Positions 1-15,000 of a stretch of 64,000 nt of DNA are shown in pieces. The number at the start of each line of letters is the position of its first letter. Positions within the stretch are counted from its first letter, which is position 1. Below the pieces are notes generated by a model. It searched no databases and had not been told where the DNA came from. It saw only the letters and a program-made list of their open reading frames with translations. Both the position numbers and the translations under genes were made by a program. The stretch is taken from NCBI GenBank assembly GCA_030141605.1, contig JAQGDQ010000039.1:186001-250000 (forward strand), written 5' to 3'. The stretch comes from Tubiluchus corallicola (lineage: Eukaryota; Animalia; Priapulida).

Positions 1-613
1 TGAAGCTCTTTGACTTCCTCAAAGATGACAAGCTCTTCGATTTGCGCATCTTCATGCTATTGGGATTCTGAAGCACGCACACAGTGGTTTCCTCTTCCAC
101 TTCTGTGGGACGCGACATAATAGAGGAAGACTGGGAAATTCCAGAAAGTCCAGTGGTTTCTCTGGATAAACTCCTTTTAGTGCTTCCAGAAGCCACCCCG
201 ACCATGCCAGGTGTGTACCGGAGAACAATCACACATAGAGCCATACACGTGTAAGCAAGTAATGTGCCCACAGACAGCATATGTATGATATCATCCAGTC
301 GCAGAACCAGTGCCACCGTTGAAGAAAAAATCCCGCTTAACATTATTGATACCCAAAGTGAGTTTGTCCTTGGCAACAATGTCTTAAAGAAGTTAAAGAT
401 GAGACCATCTCGAGCCAGAGAGAACATCAGTCGTGGAAGCATAAATATTATGGAGATTAGTGAAGATGTCATTGCGATGAGACCTCCTGTAGCAACAATG
501 TAACGCGCTCCCGCTATGTGGCGCTTGTCAAAGATGTTCGGCAGAGGTGCAAAGATGGAGAGTTCGGAACTTGGAATGACCAGCGTAGTAATGCACGTCA
601 GACCAAATGTTAA
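1..613 (-). CDS. CAT-family transporter coding exon 6 (TM7-TM10 and cytoplasmic loop), truncated by the window edge
   Basis: tttcag| acceptor at 614-619; open frame to position 1: LTFGLTCITTL...LPRLMFSLARDGLIF...MLSVGTLLAYTCMALCVIVLRYTP. Confidence 0.95.
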
Positions 614-1136
614 CTGAAATGAAAGAACATTACACAGTGAAATTGAAATACACGTGCAAGTGACGGGTGCTTGTGTAATTGACGTTGCCTATGCTTGAGG
701 CTTACACATGCCACTCAATTATGCTTTCAATTTAACCCAAATTCACGCAAATACTAATGTCTTTTTCAAAACCTTTCGTTGTTTTGCGTGTTCCACAGAG
801 CGAAAACTATAATCAGTACTTTTCTTTGATTTTTAAGAATTCTTAATGAATTGATGCTAGAAATTAAACGCACTTAAGCAATGTTGGATTTGCATCGTAA
901 ATAAATGAATGGCCGTCACAAAAACATCGTCTGGGCAGTTTTGTCTGTTTCCAGCTATTTTTCTCGTTGAACGAGAATGCATGTACATCCGAATGTGACT
1001 AAGGGTTCATATCTAATCTTAGAGGCTCATGCTTGATGATGAATTCCGGTCCTGTTTCAACCACTAACATAGTAAGTAGATGGGCCCTCTCTATTAATTG
1101 TTGGTGGTAGTCATAGCAACTGATAAAACAACTTAC

Positions 1137-1271
1137 AAGAAATGTGGAGACAAAAGTCAGGAAGATGGCTGCAGGTATTTGCTTGTTGGGCTTCCTTGCC
1201 TCTTCTGCAGAAATGCTGATGGCTTCAAAGCCGATGTACGAGTAAAAAACAATGGCGCCACCAGTCAAAAC
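1137..1271 (-). CDS. CAT-family transporter coding exon 5 (VLTGGAIVFYSYIGFEAISISAEEARKPNKQIPAAIFLTFVSTFL)
   Basis: cattag| acceptor and |gtaagt donor; 135 nt; TM6 FYxxxGF(D/E) and EExxxP..xIP motifs. Confidence 0.95.
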
Positions 1272-2522
1272 CTAATGATACACAAATAGTAATTAGAGAA
1301 TATAAAATGCCTGCAAAATATCTAATAGCTTAATGGTAAAATGACGGTGACTGTGGCAATCAGCAAAGTAGGCAAAGGTAAAGGTGATGATGATGGCAAC
1401 GACAGTATTGACGAAGATGGTGATGACTATGATGATGATGAAGATGAAGAATGTTGTAGGGACGATTTTGACCCGGACGAGCATGAAGAAAAAGAAGCGG
1501 AAGTAGAAGAGGAAGAAAAAGAAGAAGCTGATGATGATAACAATGATGATGGCGACGATAATAATATTAATAAGAGTGACGAAGATAAGACAACAATGGT
1601 GCCGATGATAACAATAATACTAGGAGAACAATAGCGATAACTTTAACGAATCATTAGGTTTTTATTCATTTATTAGCACATATTTATACAGAATGAAAAA
1701 CTTATTGAGCTGGTCAATACAGTTTTTGCAGGTCCTGCAGCAGAATTTTGAATATACATGTAATTATGAATATAAAAATTTGCAAATTGATGAGTTGGTA
1801 CCAGTTTTAATAAGACGCTTCGCTATGTGCATGCGCAGTCGCCGTAGGTCAAAGGTTGACTGAACCCAGCGCGTCAACGAACACGTGACCTTATGCACGT
1901 AAGTAGGTGTAGATGGAACGGTAAGTACATGTAGGTGAAACGGATGAACACGTGGTTATTTTTATTATAATACTACACGTGTATAGTTTTAAACTAACAC
2001 ATTACTCTTATCCGGAAAAAGCTAGTAAGATAGCAGCAGCAGCAGTCCACCTAAAGTCAAATAACTGAAGTTAAAATTAATGTCAACAACTGTTACTATT
2101 ACAACAACATGGGGCTCGAGGCACTGCCAAGTGTAAACAAATGCGTTGCTTAGTTCAGATAACGTTGTTCACTTAACCACTGACCTTTTCACGATCATCG
2201 CCAATCGCTGGAATTGTGAAAACGGTTATTGTCAGTATTGTCAGAAACATCAAACGTGTAATTATATCACAGGTGTACAACGTATAAAATAGCATTATGA
2301 AAGCCATTGTGCTCTGTTTATCATAAAAAGTAACCTACCGTTGAGATTGAATAGTAGCAACTAGACATTTAATAACTTGTTACTGCGAAGCACTTTGATG
2401 TTTTAACAAACATTTTTCTAATCTCATAAATGAACAATGTCGAAAATTATAATTATTACTGTAATGTTTTGCGAGCATTTAATAAGGGCTAATAAACGAA
2501 GTACCTAAATTGAAGTACTTAC

Positions 2523-2663
2523 CCCTGACACACCATTCCGGAAAAACCCATTGGCAGATTCAGTCCAGTTGTCCTTGTCTGCATAAAATAGTGAAAGAAC
2601 AGCAAAGCTGGACACTACCAAGATTGTGAAGAGAGTTACAGTGGCGTTAACGACGGCTGCAAG
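2523..2663 (-). CDS. CAT-family transporter coding exon 4 (LAAVVNATVTLFTILVVSSFAVLSLFYADKDNWTESANGFFRNGVSG)
   Basis: tttcag| acceptor and |gtaagt donor; 141 nt; phase 0-0; TM5 plus the NW...GF..G..G loop typical of CATs. Confidence 0.92.
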
Positions 2664-3544
2664 CTGAAACAATATTACATGTACCTAAATTCTTTTATTT
2701 ATCTCGTACTTTCATCACTGTCAAATCTTTCAAAATTAAGAATTTCGTTCCCTGAAAATAATGATTGTTTTGAGGAATGGTGTATTATAGTGAAAGCGTG
2801 ATAAGAAATCAAAAATGCTACTTAGAAAAATATTATCTTGAAGTGAGTAAATTTGTTTTCACAAATGATGATGATGATGATGATGACGATGAAGGCGAGA
2901 GGGACGAGCATCCGTATCATAAAACAAAAATGCTACATTGAAAAATTTTACCATCTTAAGGTGATTAAATTTGTTTTCACAAATTTTCTTTTGGATTTTG
3001 TATTTTCCAATAACGATTATGAAGATTATAATGAATGATGACGATGCTATTGATGATAATAATAATGATGATCATGATGATGATGGTGATAGCAGTGGTG
3101 GTGGTGATGATGATGGTGGTGGATGAACAGGTGGAAAGCGTGAAGGCACTTCTGTTGTTCCGCTATTCTAGCTGATTAAATTTTTATGTTTAACTGAGTT
3201 CATGTAAAAAAATTAGCGATTAGGTTAATCGGAAACAACTTAAACGTACGTACGTAGGTTTAATCACAAGGGACTTATTACAATTTGTTGCTGAAACATT
3301 CTAGTATTTTCCTCAAATATTAAAATGAGCTCAGCTTCCCGGAAACATTGATTTTTCCCTTATAGCTGAGCAATATATCGTGACCACCGAGCTTTTCGCC
3401 CTTTAGGCTTTTATTTAACTTAACGGACGGTACTACATATCGACATTTCACTAGAAAGGCCAAAAACTATCAACGATTCAACTAGCCGCTGATTAGAAGG
3501 TTATTGTCGTATTTGAAAACTGCAGGAATATAATGTAAAGTAAC

Positions 3545-4260
3545 CTAATGTATAATTTATTTACATGGCGCACTACAGCATTTAAAATCTCAGCAGGCTG
3601 AACAGTAAAATACATTTAAAATTCATATGAGCCATTAGAAATTAAAATACATTAAAAAATTAGAAAAAATAATTCATCATAAAAAGTACACATCTGAACA
3701 AATGTGTTTTAAGATGTTGTTTAAAAGAATCTAATGATTTTGCAGAACGTACAACAACTGGTAAGTTATTGCAGAGATGCGGAGCACAAAGAGATGCAGC
3801 TTTTTCAAAATAGAATGCTGTAGTTGGAATTGGCTGATGTAAATTAATTTGTTCAATAGCAATAGATCGAAGTATTCGGTCGATGTTGCGGCTTATCAGG
3901 GAGCCAATGTAACTCTCTTAGAATAGGTGTAATGTGATCATATCTTTTAGTTTTGATAATGAGGCGAGCAGCAGAGTTGTGAATTAATTGGAGTTTGTGA
4001 TTTTCATATTCAGAAAGTACAAAAAGTAAACTATTGCAATAATCACGTTTGGATGTTATGAAAGCACATATGAGCTTTTCAATTGTTTGGTGGTTGAGAA
4101 CGAGGAAGGGCAGCGAATGACAAAAACATTGCGAAAATGATGCTAAAATTTCCTAAATAAGGAAAGTCGTTTTCAATCATTTCACTCAGATCCGCATTTT
4201 TGATTTGATTCTAAAAATGAACTCCAAAATTGATACAACAGCAAGAAACTGATTGATTAA
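3545..4260 (-). mobile_element. Degenerate L2-type LINE 3' fragment (ORF2 C-terminus and tail)
   Basis: Minus-strand translations EKLICAFITSKRDYCNS (cf. LVHAFITSRLDYCNS) and CAPHLCNNLPVVVRSAKSLDSFKQHLKTHLF (L2 C-terminal motif). Confidence 0.85.
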
Positions 4261-5628
4261 AGGTTATCAGTAAACTTGCTGTGTATTTTGAAATTGAAAA
4301 ATGCAAATCTCGTGCATTTTACGTAGGAGCTTTCTTAGTAGTAGCAATTGACCTTTGTTGAGTGTATGACTTTCGAAATCTTTCCGCTATTCTCATATTT
4401 CATCGTCTTGAGAGCTACTGTGTATTTGTGACGGTTTGCTTGAAAACACAAAAAGTGCGTCACTTTTTAAAGAAATCTTGAAATCGATTAAACCGTAAAA
4501 ATAACCGGAACTTCGTTACAGTTATGAAATCTGACATCTGGTTTATTTATTTGTTGAAATGACATCTTAATTATTGCTAAAACTTTTACTAGAAAGGATC
4601 GCACAATTGACTTGTGCGTGTTGTAGATTTTAGATTTCCATACGTAGAGAGAAAATCACCTTTAGATATAGAAATTTTGCGAACTAAATTTCTTTATGGA
4701 TACAGGAAGAAGTTGTAACTAAACTGAACATATCTTTCTCTAGCAACTGACCTAGTTAGAGTCCCGAAATGTATTGAGCCAATATACATTAAGCGGATTT
4801 TAATTTCTCCATTGAGCACTGATTTAAACTCTATAAGAATCTGGTCAATATCTCATAATTTACTCACTTATCCTACTACCGGATGTTTCGTATTTAACAC
4901 CAACACTAATCATCGCTACGCATTTTTCCTGTTTACATGGTATGTTTACATTGCTAGCCGGTATACCACAAATATTTGTTATTTAAATTTATTGACAATT
5001 ATTATAATTATGATATAAAATAAAATAAAGGAAAAATGCGTATGACAGTGTCCATGCACGGATAACACAAAATAATTGTCAACGCCTAGCACAAAGCTAT
5101 ATCACGATCAAAACTCAAAACTTAATTATTCATTTTAATAAGTTACGATTCATTACTTATTATTTCGTTCTACCATGCACATGTAAATGGGCCATGACAG
5201 AAAGCGTACTCTTCGCTTTGAACATTTACTTTATCACATGGGCACACTCTCGGACCACACACGGTATAAGGAGCTTTAAAATATATTTTCATTCATGCTT
5301 CTACATGTAAGAAATTTTGTACCAGTAGCGCTAATTATCAACTGACGTTTGTTATTGTTATCATCTAAAAACATCGTTATTCAAATTAGCAAACACTTTA
5401 TAATAAAGGAAATGTACTAAAGCACTACCAGCATTTGCAGCTAATTTAAAAGCAGAAAACAATTGATTGTGATTATCAAAATTACATAACAACTTTCGCC
5501 AGAACGCATTAACTTGACTGTGTAGAAAAAGAATGAAAAGATGGCGAATTAGCAAATACTACAAAAAGTAAATTCTTTTTATCTATACGAGGAGCATTGT
5601 GCCATCTTTTCGCCACAAAAACCAAAAC

Positions 5629-5948
5629 AGGGCCGGATTATGGCATCCTTTCAGGCAGAGCTATCCCCTAAATCGCCAGCACCAGTCTTGTATATTTTTT
5701 ACTATTGATATATTTTAGCGACAATTGCATAGCTTGAAATAAACTTATTGCCAATTCTTTAAACAAACCAGAATAGTCCTCTTTTATTTGTCTATAAAAA
5801 TATTCTTTAACAGATACCACTATTTCACTATTTATTGCAAACCAAATAGCACATATTTCAACACAGTCGCAGTGAAAGAAAAAAATTATCCCAAGCTCGA
5901 GGGGCCAAGGCTGCAGGCCATACGAGCCTATAGGATAATTCAGCTCCG
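5629..5948. mobile_element. MITE-like element with imperfect TIRs
   Basis: Starts cagggccggattat and ends ataattcagctccg. The subterminal ccaagctcgaggggcc..ggctg block recurs at 19629-19671; a similar TIR (taatccggcactg) occurs near 15085-15097. Confidence 0.45.
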
Positions 5949-6589
5949 AAGCAAACAAAGACACCAGCTAAATGATAGTTGTCACAAATGATACAATCTA
6001 CAACGTTTACTCTTGCATCATTTCTGTTGATGGTGAAACAGTATTAAAAACAAAAACATTTATTTTACTGCTTATTGAGCATACAACATAAAGAAAAAAC
6101 ATTGATCCTGTACATGCTTTATTTACATAAGCTTATTTAAAACACAATGTTAACAGTGACATTTGTTTATATGGCCCAGGCGTTAGCCACAGTGGGATTT
6201 GAACCCCGTACTGGGACTACTCAATGCATCTGCACCTTGTGTCGTATACTAGGTGCAGAGTACACCACGTACTTGTACCATTTACTGGAAACATGCAATT
6301 CTTAGCATGTCAGTTGATTTTAGAGACACAGACATTGAATGAAACCCGTTACGGTCCATTGATTTTGTAAAAAAGAAGAAAATTGCGAAAAAGAAGTAGA
6401 AGTCGGCCGCCTTTCTTCTCCCATTACATGACCAGGTGCCATTTTCACCTTGTACGGAAAAAGCTTGACAAAACTTTGCTAGTACTGTACTTACTAGTAC
6501 CACATACACTATTGCTAAAATTTCGCTAGAGAAACATGGTATGGCGATTAAGAAGTTCTGCTCGAATGGTAAACAGCTAAAAAAATCCC

Positions 6590-6662
6590 GACATGCGTAT
6601 GATTTGAACCCAGAACTCTATGCATCTGCAGTCAGGTGCGATAACCACTCGGCCACCGTGCC
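6590..6662 (-). mobile_element. tRNA-derived SINE head
   Basis: GGCACGG-TGGCCGAGTGG (A box)...GGTTCAAATC (B box); acceptor and anticodon stems do not pair, so it is not a tRNA. Confidence 0.65.
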
Positions 6663-8371
6663 TTCCTCAAAACAACACAAAAATACATTAAATAAGCACG
6701 GAACTGACATTACAATAACAAGAATTCCGTGTAACTTCAACTGGGTTTCATGAACTGAACGCAACAGCAATCAACGTAACGCTTTAATGCATGAACTGTC
6801 ACAGTTACAAAGAACGTGCCTTGTCCGTGCTGCTGAGAATCATGATAATAATAATTATACACGCATTCGCTTCATGCGACATTACACTTTATACGTGTCA
6901 GTTTCCTAATGTAAGGCTGGGGACGAGAGTATTACTGTTAATGCACAGTCAGTGCTATATGGCAAAAACAAGAGAAGGTCGGGAAATTACGTAATAAATG
7001 ACTTTATGCATATACTTAGATGCTTGTATTTTATTTCCTATTTGACACAGTCATTCGAATTTTAAAAACGTATTTCTTACTAAGAGGTTTACGTCTTCGC
7101 AAAGGTTTAGGGATTATTATTATTATTATTATTGGGTTACTATTACCAAATCTTTTTATTGCCACAGCAGTCTTTGTTTTATAAATGCACCTGCTACTTA
7201 GCATGAAAGGATCATAATTTGGATCATACATGTATGCTATATGTACGCTATATATATATATATATATGACGACCTGAGCCGTCCATGGTGATGCGCTACT
7301 AATAATTGGTTGACTTATTTTCTATTAATGTATTTTTGATGACAATCCAAAATTTGTTGCTATTATTGATATAACACTGATTGCCATTATTGTTAATATT
7401 TTTTATTAGACTTTACAGGTTTGAGTGACCAGAGCCTGGGTCACATGACCTAATTTACCTGCCTGGCCAGGTAATGGCCTAGTTTTGTGGTCTATCTGGT
7501 TTTGTAGCTCAAGGAAAAACAGCAAATTTTGTTGATAGCATGTTGTCCGTTTTGAACATGTGTGTATACCTCGAAAGTGATAGCCACCTCATGGGCTATT
7601 TGGCTATTGGTTAGAGAGGCTTTGGAAAGAAACTTGGTTATTCACGAAATCTCCGATTGTGTTTCTTGATGGTAATGCCAGTGGAGGCCATACAGTATAG
7701 AACATCTCTGTTGTTTCCCGTACTGAATGCTTGTCATTAAACTCTTTCTCTTATTGGAGAGTGAGTTCCAGTTTGGTTGCTTAATGTCATTATCCAGTGC
7801 AGTACCGTCTAGAGGAGTCAATTATCATTTGTTGGAGACATGGGAGCTGATGGTTTTGGCAGACGTGTCCTGGAAGCCATATTGGATACGTGGTACGACA
7901 TGTGGGCGAATACGTGGTAGGAGCATTGCTGACGGTATCCATCTCCCTGGACAGTTATGCTGGGCCCAGCCATCGTAAAGTTGAGTAAAATGTTAAATTT
8001 TATACGTTAGATTTATCCAGTTGATTTTTGAAACATTTGAATTGACTATGTGAACCATTTCTATATTGTCACGTTAACCATTATTGCTTTTCTACGTGTT
8101 TGTTTACACAAGAACTTTATACGCTGGTATAGTTACTTTTCTGTGAGAATCGAAAATAATGCGATGTCCTCTTTATTATTATTATTACGAATCCTGTTGT
8201 TTGGGTAATTGTATTCCTAGAGAATTAAGGTAAAAACCTAAAGCATTGTTCACACTGTCTTACACGACTCATGTGCTAACTTTTACTATATTTTGGTCAA
8301 TCAAGGTCAGCGGGACTGCTTGGCAAAGCATCCTAACAACAATTTAACATTTTCTTAGACACGCTGTCACT

Positions 8372-8398
8372 ATGTGTGTGTGTGTGTGTGTATGTGTG

Positions 8399-8430
<32 letters not shown>

Positions 8431-8468
8431 TGTGTGTATATGTATATATACATGTATGTATGTATGTG
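8372..8468. repeat. Compound (TG)n/(CGTG)n/(TATG)n microsatellite
   Basis: Directly visible. Confidence 0.95.
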
Positions 8469-8959
8469 CATATTCACACAAAGACAATACAATACAATAA
8501 AAAAACACTGATTGAACAGAGTTAATAGAAAGACATATACAATAAATTAAATACATAACAAAGGTTGAAAATGACAAGTATAGAAAAATAACAAATAAAG
8601 TAAGTACTAAAGTACAGTAATTTTTCCGAAAATAAAATTGACACTAGGGAACTCCGTAGCTTGCTGCTGTCAGCTTTAACATGTTATGACAACTTAACGT
8701 GAACAGTTGTCTGCCAAACGACAAAGTTGCGCCCGAGGTTACGGTGCTAGCGCAACTACCTAGATACAACGTCACTCCTTATTTATTTTCACTGCTTCAT
8801 AAACACCACCATGGCTTGGCAATTATCTGAAAAATAGAAGACCACACACATACATGGCGTCGTCAAGAATGAACTGGTGGATAACCGCGCACGCACGCAC
8901 ACGCTCATGCATGTTTATGTACACTCACACGTACACGCATGTGCAGTACAGGAAATTTC

Positions 8960-9800
8960 CCTACCGTTTAAGTGATTAATGATGTCCGCACACAAGGGCT
9001 TTCATTTGGAATTAATGGAACACGTTTGCAGCGGACATGTTCAACAACCGCCCTAAATCAGAATCGAGCCAAAGAGAAGCCCAGCGATTGCCAAATTACA
9101 TGCCTGCCGTATCATGGCGATCTAATAGTCATCAATAACATGAGCTTCTAAAGCTGTGCAGTCGGTCTATTGAGTTGGAGGCAGTGGGAAAGCTGTCAGG
9201 CAATCAAGCAATATTGTCCGTATGAAGCGCATTTGATTATAAGTTAATAAAGCCAGGCAAAGATGGAATGACTAGCAGGGAGAGCTGGAGGAGTAAGAGG
9301 CTTTTTGTTTGCAAAAAGGAAAGGGTGATTGTATGATGGATGATGAAGTATGTCAGTCTTACCAGTAGCAGTGATGAGGCGCTCAAATGAGTCGAATGGA
9401 GGTAATTTTCTAATTAAGAAAAAGATGCTAAAGCTAACGAACTTGCTAGGAGACTAAACATGAAAAGCAGCCTTTTTTCGCAAAGAAGCCACGTTGCGCA
9501 ATTTAGATCATATATGAAGCCATTATGGGCAACTTGATTATAGGTGAACAAAAGGCAAGAAGCTTCTTACTGTTGGGTACATGACTAGTTCATAGGAAAT
9601 GATCGTCCTTTTTTATATGGCCAAGTTAATTGACTTGACCATTAACATCAGCCATTTTCAAATGAACTAGAATTCAACAGGAACACACGATGACAATTTG
9701 GACAGCTAAATATAGTATGGAGAAAAGAAACCATGTTCTGTAATTTGGCAGTTGGCTAGTTAAAGAAAGCCTATTCTTTTTTGGGGAACTGGCTAGTTCA
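8960..9800 (-). mobile_element. Highly degenerate LINE ORF2-like fragment
   Basis: Higher GC; minus-strand LDSDLGRLLNMSAAN resembles the post-YADD segment of CR1/L2-type RTs; many stops. Confidence 0.35.
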
Positions 9801-10942
9801 CCGAACTACTCCCTTTGATTGGTTAACAGACTATAGATCACAAAACACGCCATTTTTGTTATTTGGACGCATAACTATTTCGCAAAACACATTTCCTATA
9901 AGTTTCAATAACTGACTAATTCACAGAATATGACTTCCTCTTGCTAATTCAGAAAGCTTTTCTAGGTGGCGCGTCAGTTTTGGTAAACAGATTGGAGACA
10001 TACGCTGTTCTATAAAAATACAAACGAATAAACATCGGTAAAAGTGAAACAGGCGTCTTGCACGTGGACTCCATAACCGCAAGCAAATTTACTTGTTTAC
10101 ACACTGCACCTTTCATTATATTATAGGGCATATAGATTATAAATGAACTTACGTTACTAGCGGAAACATAAGTTACGACATTTAAGAAAAAATAGGCCAA
10201 AATCGAGCAATGTAGAATAAATAAGCCTATCTATCTATAATCCATTGCAACATTGCAACATATAATTCACATTACATCACTGACCAAGACTAAAACCTGT
10301 TTAAAACGCTCTAAAATTCTAAAACAAATTGCAAAGCAGTTTTCATTGCGAAAAAGTCTGACAAGGTTTCAAAATTTACCCCGGGGTAAGAGAGTCTTAT
10401 ATCACGTGTAAATGTACAAACCAAGATCACTTGTTCTTCGTTTTGCGCATCTGCGCAGTTGATCGTGTCGAGTCTCACCGATTCATCTTCCTGTTTCCAC
10501 CTTAAAATTGTGGGACTGAAATCTCAATCTAGAATATGCAGTTTATAAAACTCTGGGTCGGAGCATAATAATTTTTTATAATGTATTTCAGATTCCGCCA
10601 AACTCAAGTTACATTTACTCTCTTCGATTTATCTCTGGTTATCACTGAGTTCTTAACTGTCAGGGTACCGTCTCGAATAGTCTCCAGTGCGCAATCATCT
10701 CGCGCACTCTTCAGAAAAAAAGCCACATCAATTAATACCTGTGAAAGGAAACCACTGAAGACTACTGAATTGAGTAATTACAATAAGACCACTTTCCAAT
10801 TCGCAATAACTAGTTTGACGAGTATGAGTGCACAACATTTTAATCTTTATTTTAGCAGTTAGATTTTTATTAGGACAATTATTTTCATTTCACATTATTT
10901 CTATTGTATTTTATATTGACCTTTTGGTCTAAATAAAATTCT

Positions 10943-11395
<453 letters not shown>

Positions 11396-11779
11396 ATAAC
11401 CTTCCTAAGCCTAAAAGTATTATTCTTAAGTTGATTAGATTATGAAGCCTATTATAACTGCGTGTGTTATAAGGCGTTTCGATTCGAATGTAATACTTTC
11501 ATGATTTGACCAAAAGTAACAATATGAGTGATAAACTGTTAGTACCAACATCATCTTCGTCACATTCGTCATATCCTGTTCGTCATCTTTCACTTACTAA
11601 CGCCAACTTTCTTTCCTCTCATGCATTTGTTCTATCACTTTCTCCAGTTGTTGAACTTCACAGTCCAAAAATATGATATATTTAGCAATGCATGTATTAA
11701 TTTTTCACAAGCTTTTAAATCTTGCAAGTTTTAATGCAATCAACGCAACTTTTCAGACAACAACAACTATTTACAATCT

Positions 11780-12065
11780 TAGTACCAAGGTTATTATTAA
11801 TGATCATGGATGCCTACAATTAATTGGATTTTGAAACTAAACCAGGAATTTGAAAAAGTCTGAACAACCTGGATTTGAACCAGGAAGCTTTTGCTAGATT
11901 AGAACAGGCCACTGCGTTCTGCCAGCCATTATGATGGTCTAATTTTCCTCTCTTATAGGTCTCTGGTTCAAACCAAGGCAGTGTTCCAAATTTTACGCAC
12001 TGTCAGTTTTCAAAGTTTGGCTTAAAATTCAATTAACTGAGTGTTTGTAACATCACTTAGTATTG
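11780..12065. mobile_element. Element with two divergent tRNA-like (B-box) arms, copy 1
   Basis: cctggatttgaacc (minus-strand B box, ~11868) and ggttcaaacc (plus-strand B box, ~11966); the arms match 42720-43232 in reverse orientation. Confidence 0.55.
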
Positions 12066-15000
12066 TCTTTCGCCTTAAAAGGCGAAGCATTTGTGTTTAT
12101 CGGTCTATTCTTTATTAATACTGTACTAAAATGCAGTTCAAACCGTCAACATGAATGAGCTATTAGACATTTTTATGGCACTGCGAATCTCAAGTACTTT
12201 TACAGTACCACCTCTTCTTCGACTTCTGGCCATCTATACAACGTTTTAGCTTCAACGGTTTAATGGTGACTTAAAGAGGAATACCGTCTGCCTTCTTGGG
12301 TTTAGAACAAAAATTAAATATGGCATTTCACAGCAAGGGACTCCTGTAAATCAGAGAACTTCTGAGTCCTCTAATGCGAAGATTGACATAGGTCGAGCAT
12401 TACATATTCTATTCACATTGTGGATTGGAAATTTAACCCGTCATACGTCATCACGCGGCACTTGTTCGCCCATAACGTATCAAAAGACAAAGACAAGATT
12501 TATTTACAGCCGGTCGTTTAGGCAACATTAGCACTAACGCTTATTTAGCGACTTACAATTATAAGGACTTACAACAATATAGGTCAGGACGCAACACACA
12601 AATAACGAATAACATGCAGGTTACATGCCCTGGCGTTGGCAACCGCTAGTATCGAACTCAAGACTGCGTGGTTACAGACGGAAATCTAATTCGTATTGCA
12701 TGGTACAAAACCCCCTTCCGATCCTATCATTACTAAGTATTTGATTTGCATTTTAATAAAATATTTATCAAATTTTATTCCCAATACATGTTTCTAAGGA
12801 TTTTTAAAATTCAAAACAAGAATTTGTTTATTTTAATATTAAAACGTCATACGAACAGCTATTATATGTAAACCCGAATATGAACAGTGTATGGTAATTA
12901 ATGTGATTGGTTATTTGAGAATTTTAATTACTAATGATCATATTTCATGCTTAGTATATGATCAAATACTTAGTGAAAGGATCAGACTGGCTTTTTGTCT
13001 TTATGGAAGAAATTGTCTCGTCCATCATTATGTATGTATTACATGTATTACTAATCCAGATGAGGAAAGAAATTCTGACTAATAAAAGCCATAGTTAAAA
13101 TGTTTGTAAAGTTTGGCTGCTGTGTTCACCGTCTAAACCACGAATTTTAAATGAATGACTTCTGGTTCGTGTTTCGAAGGGTTAAAGCGCAATGGTACAT
13201 TAGAACAAGTAGGTTAGCGCTCCTACGTAATTACTGCGTCAATCAGGTTGCTGTGGAATTAGCAGATTCTGCTTAATTCCCATGTTTCTTGACCAGAACG
13301 ACAAATAGGAGACAGAAGTATATCAATCAGTCAGTCGGATCCAGGCCTTAGGGAGAGGGCGGCAGGGGAGTTATACAGGAGGAAACACGTAGAGATGAGT
13401 CGTATATCTTAAAAAAGTGTGCTAAGAACACCTGTTGTTCGTTCAAATAGTTGACAGAAATTGGGATCTTGTCTGTAGCAAAAAAAAACAATCTGCAGAT
13501 AAATGTACGTTTATGCACAATAATAACAAGAAAAACAACAACAATAATAATAATTCCAATTGCGTCGAAGAACCAGCGGTACTATTTTTCTAAGCGTTTG
13601 GTATGACTCGGTCAGGAGCTGAACTCTCCACCTTTAGGGTGGGAAGCTGGCAACTTGGCAGTACATTTGCCAGGTTTATACGCAATTTCTAGCTGCTTTT
13701 CTACTCTTTCTACTCAGAGATTAACGTAAAAAATTCATTTAAGTTCACTCCAAATCAGCAGCCTATTGTCTTTATACTAAACTGTTTTGCAGCCCAACAA
13801 CTACAATAATTTTACTTAAACTTACAATAGATTAATGGCCAGTAGGAATAGAAATATAGAAATGCTTGCAGCTAAATACTTTAACGTTCACACCTACAAC
13901 TTGGTTACTCATGTCCAAAAAGCTGACAAGCAACTTTTACGTTTTACCACATAAAGTGTGTTAAAATTGCGTTACACATAGAACTGCAACATTAATAATA
14001 AGTTTATGTAACTTGTAAATTAAAAACTTGATAATACGCTCATAATGAGTCTATGGGCAATCTAGTATGAACAAAGCTAATGACTCATGTTGAGTATTTT
14101 TTTTTCCAAAAAGCAAGTCCAAATGATCGGACATGAATATTTAAATCACCTAATCTGAGTAACTAATTTTTAAATAAGGAGCTTATTTACTCAAATTATT
14201 CAACTGAGAAACACCCTTGAATCATGTTTCCAAATTAAATTTTTGAAAAGGGATGGAAACACCCGTCAGGATGCTTCCTGAATCCGCCCTATCGACTAGT
14301 CACTTTTTACTGACGTATTTTAACAACTGTAATCTTTTCTGTCATCAAGGAACTTAAGATGCAGTAGCTCTCAGGACTTAACGTACTCTAGCCGAGGGCA
14401 GGTCTTTTACTGCGATGCAAATAACTGTTGTAGCCATGTAACAAGGGTCCACTGATGAAGAAGTCAAAGTGCCCATTAAGTTTAATTTTTTTTGTTTTTC
14501 ACAGAAGCTTTCTTCCTTCACGGACTTGATCAGTTGTAAAGTGGAGATACAAAAATAAAAATTACAGGTAAAAATTGCTGTCAAAAAATGAGACTTAATG
14601 GAATGGACACTTTCACTTCTTCATCAATTTTGATTTTTGTTGCATGGCTGCAACTTTTATTTGCATCGGAGAAAAGATGCAAATTATGTGACAATCAGTT
14701 TTACTCAGGGCCAAATTTTGATTTTGTAGGCTCCTTGGCTTCAGATACTGCGAGGCCTCGCCTCAAAAGCACGGGTGTTGGATTCTTCAAATCAGTTTAT
14801 TCAACTTCTACAACATAATGCCAACATTAATACCACATAGTTTGATACAAGTCTAACGCAAAGAAAAGAGAAGAGATATTCTGATTTTTGCAAAATTAAA
14901 ATAAGTTCTGAAATATTAAATATAATACGTACAAATTACAACAAATAAATTATTGATATTATTGATTATTAACGTATATCACAAAATATACTGCTACTAG

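Noticed and set aside
1341-1634. Asp/Glu-rich 97-aa plus-strand ORF
   Set aside because: Degenerate GAT/GAA trinucleotide tract inside a CAT intron; no domain or splice support
6590-6662. tRNA-Cys gene (GCA in the loop)
   Set aside because: Acceptor, anticodon and T stems do not pair; treated as a SINE head
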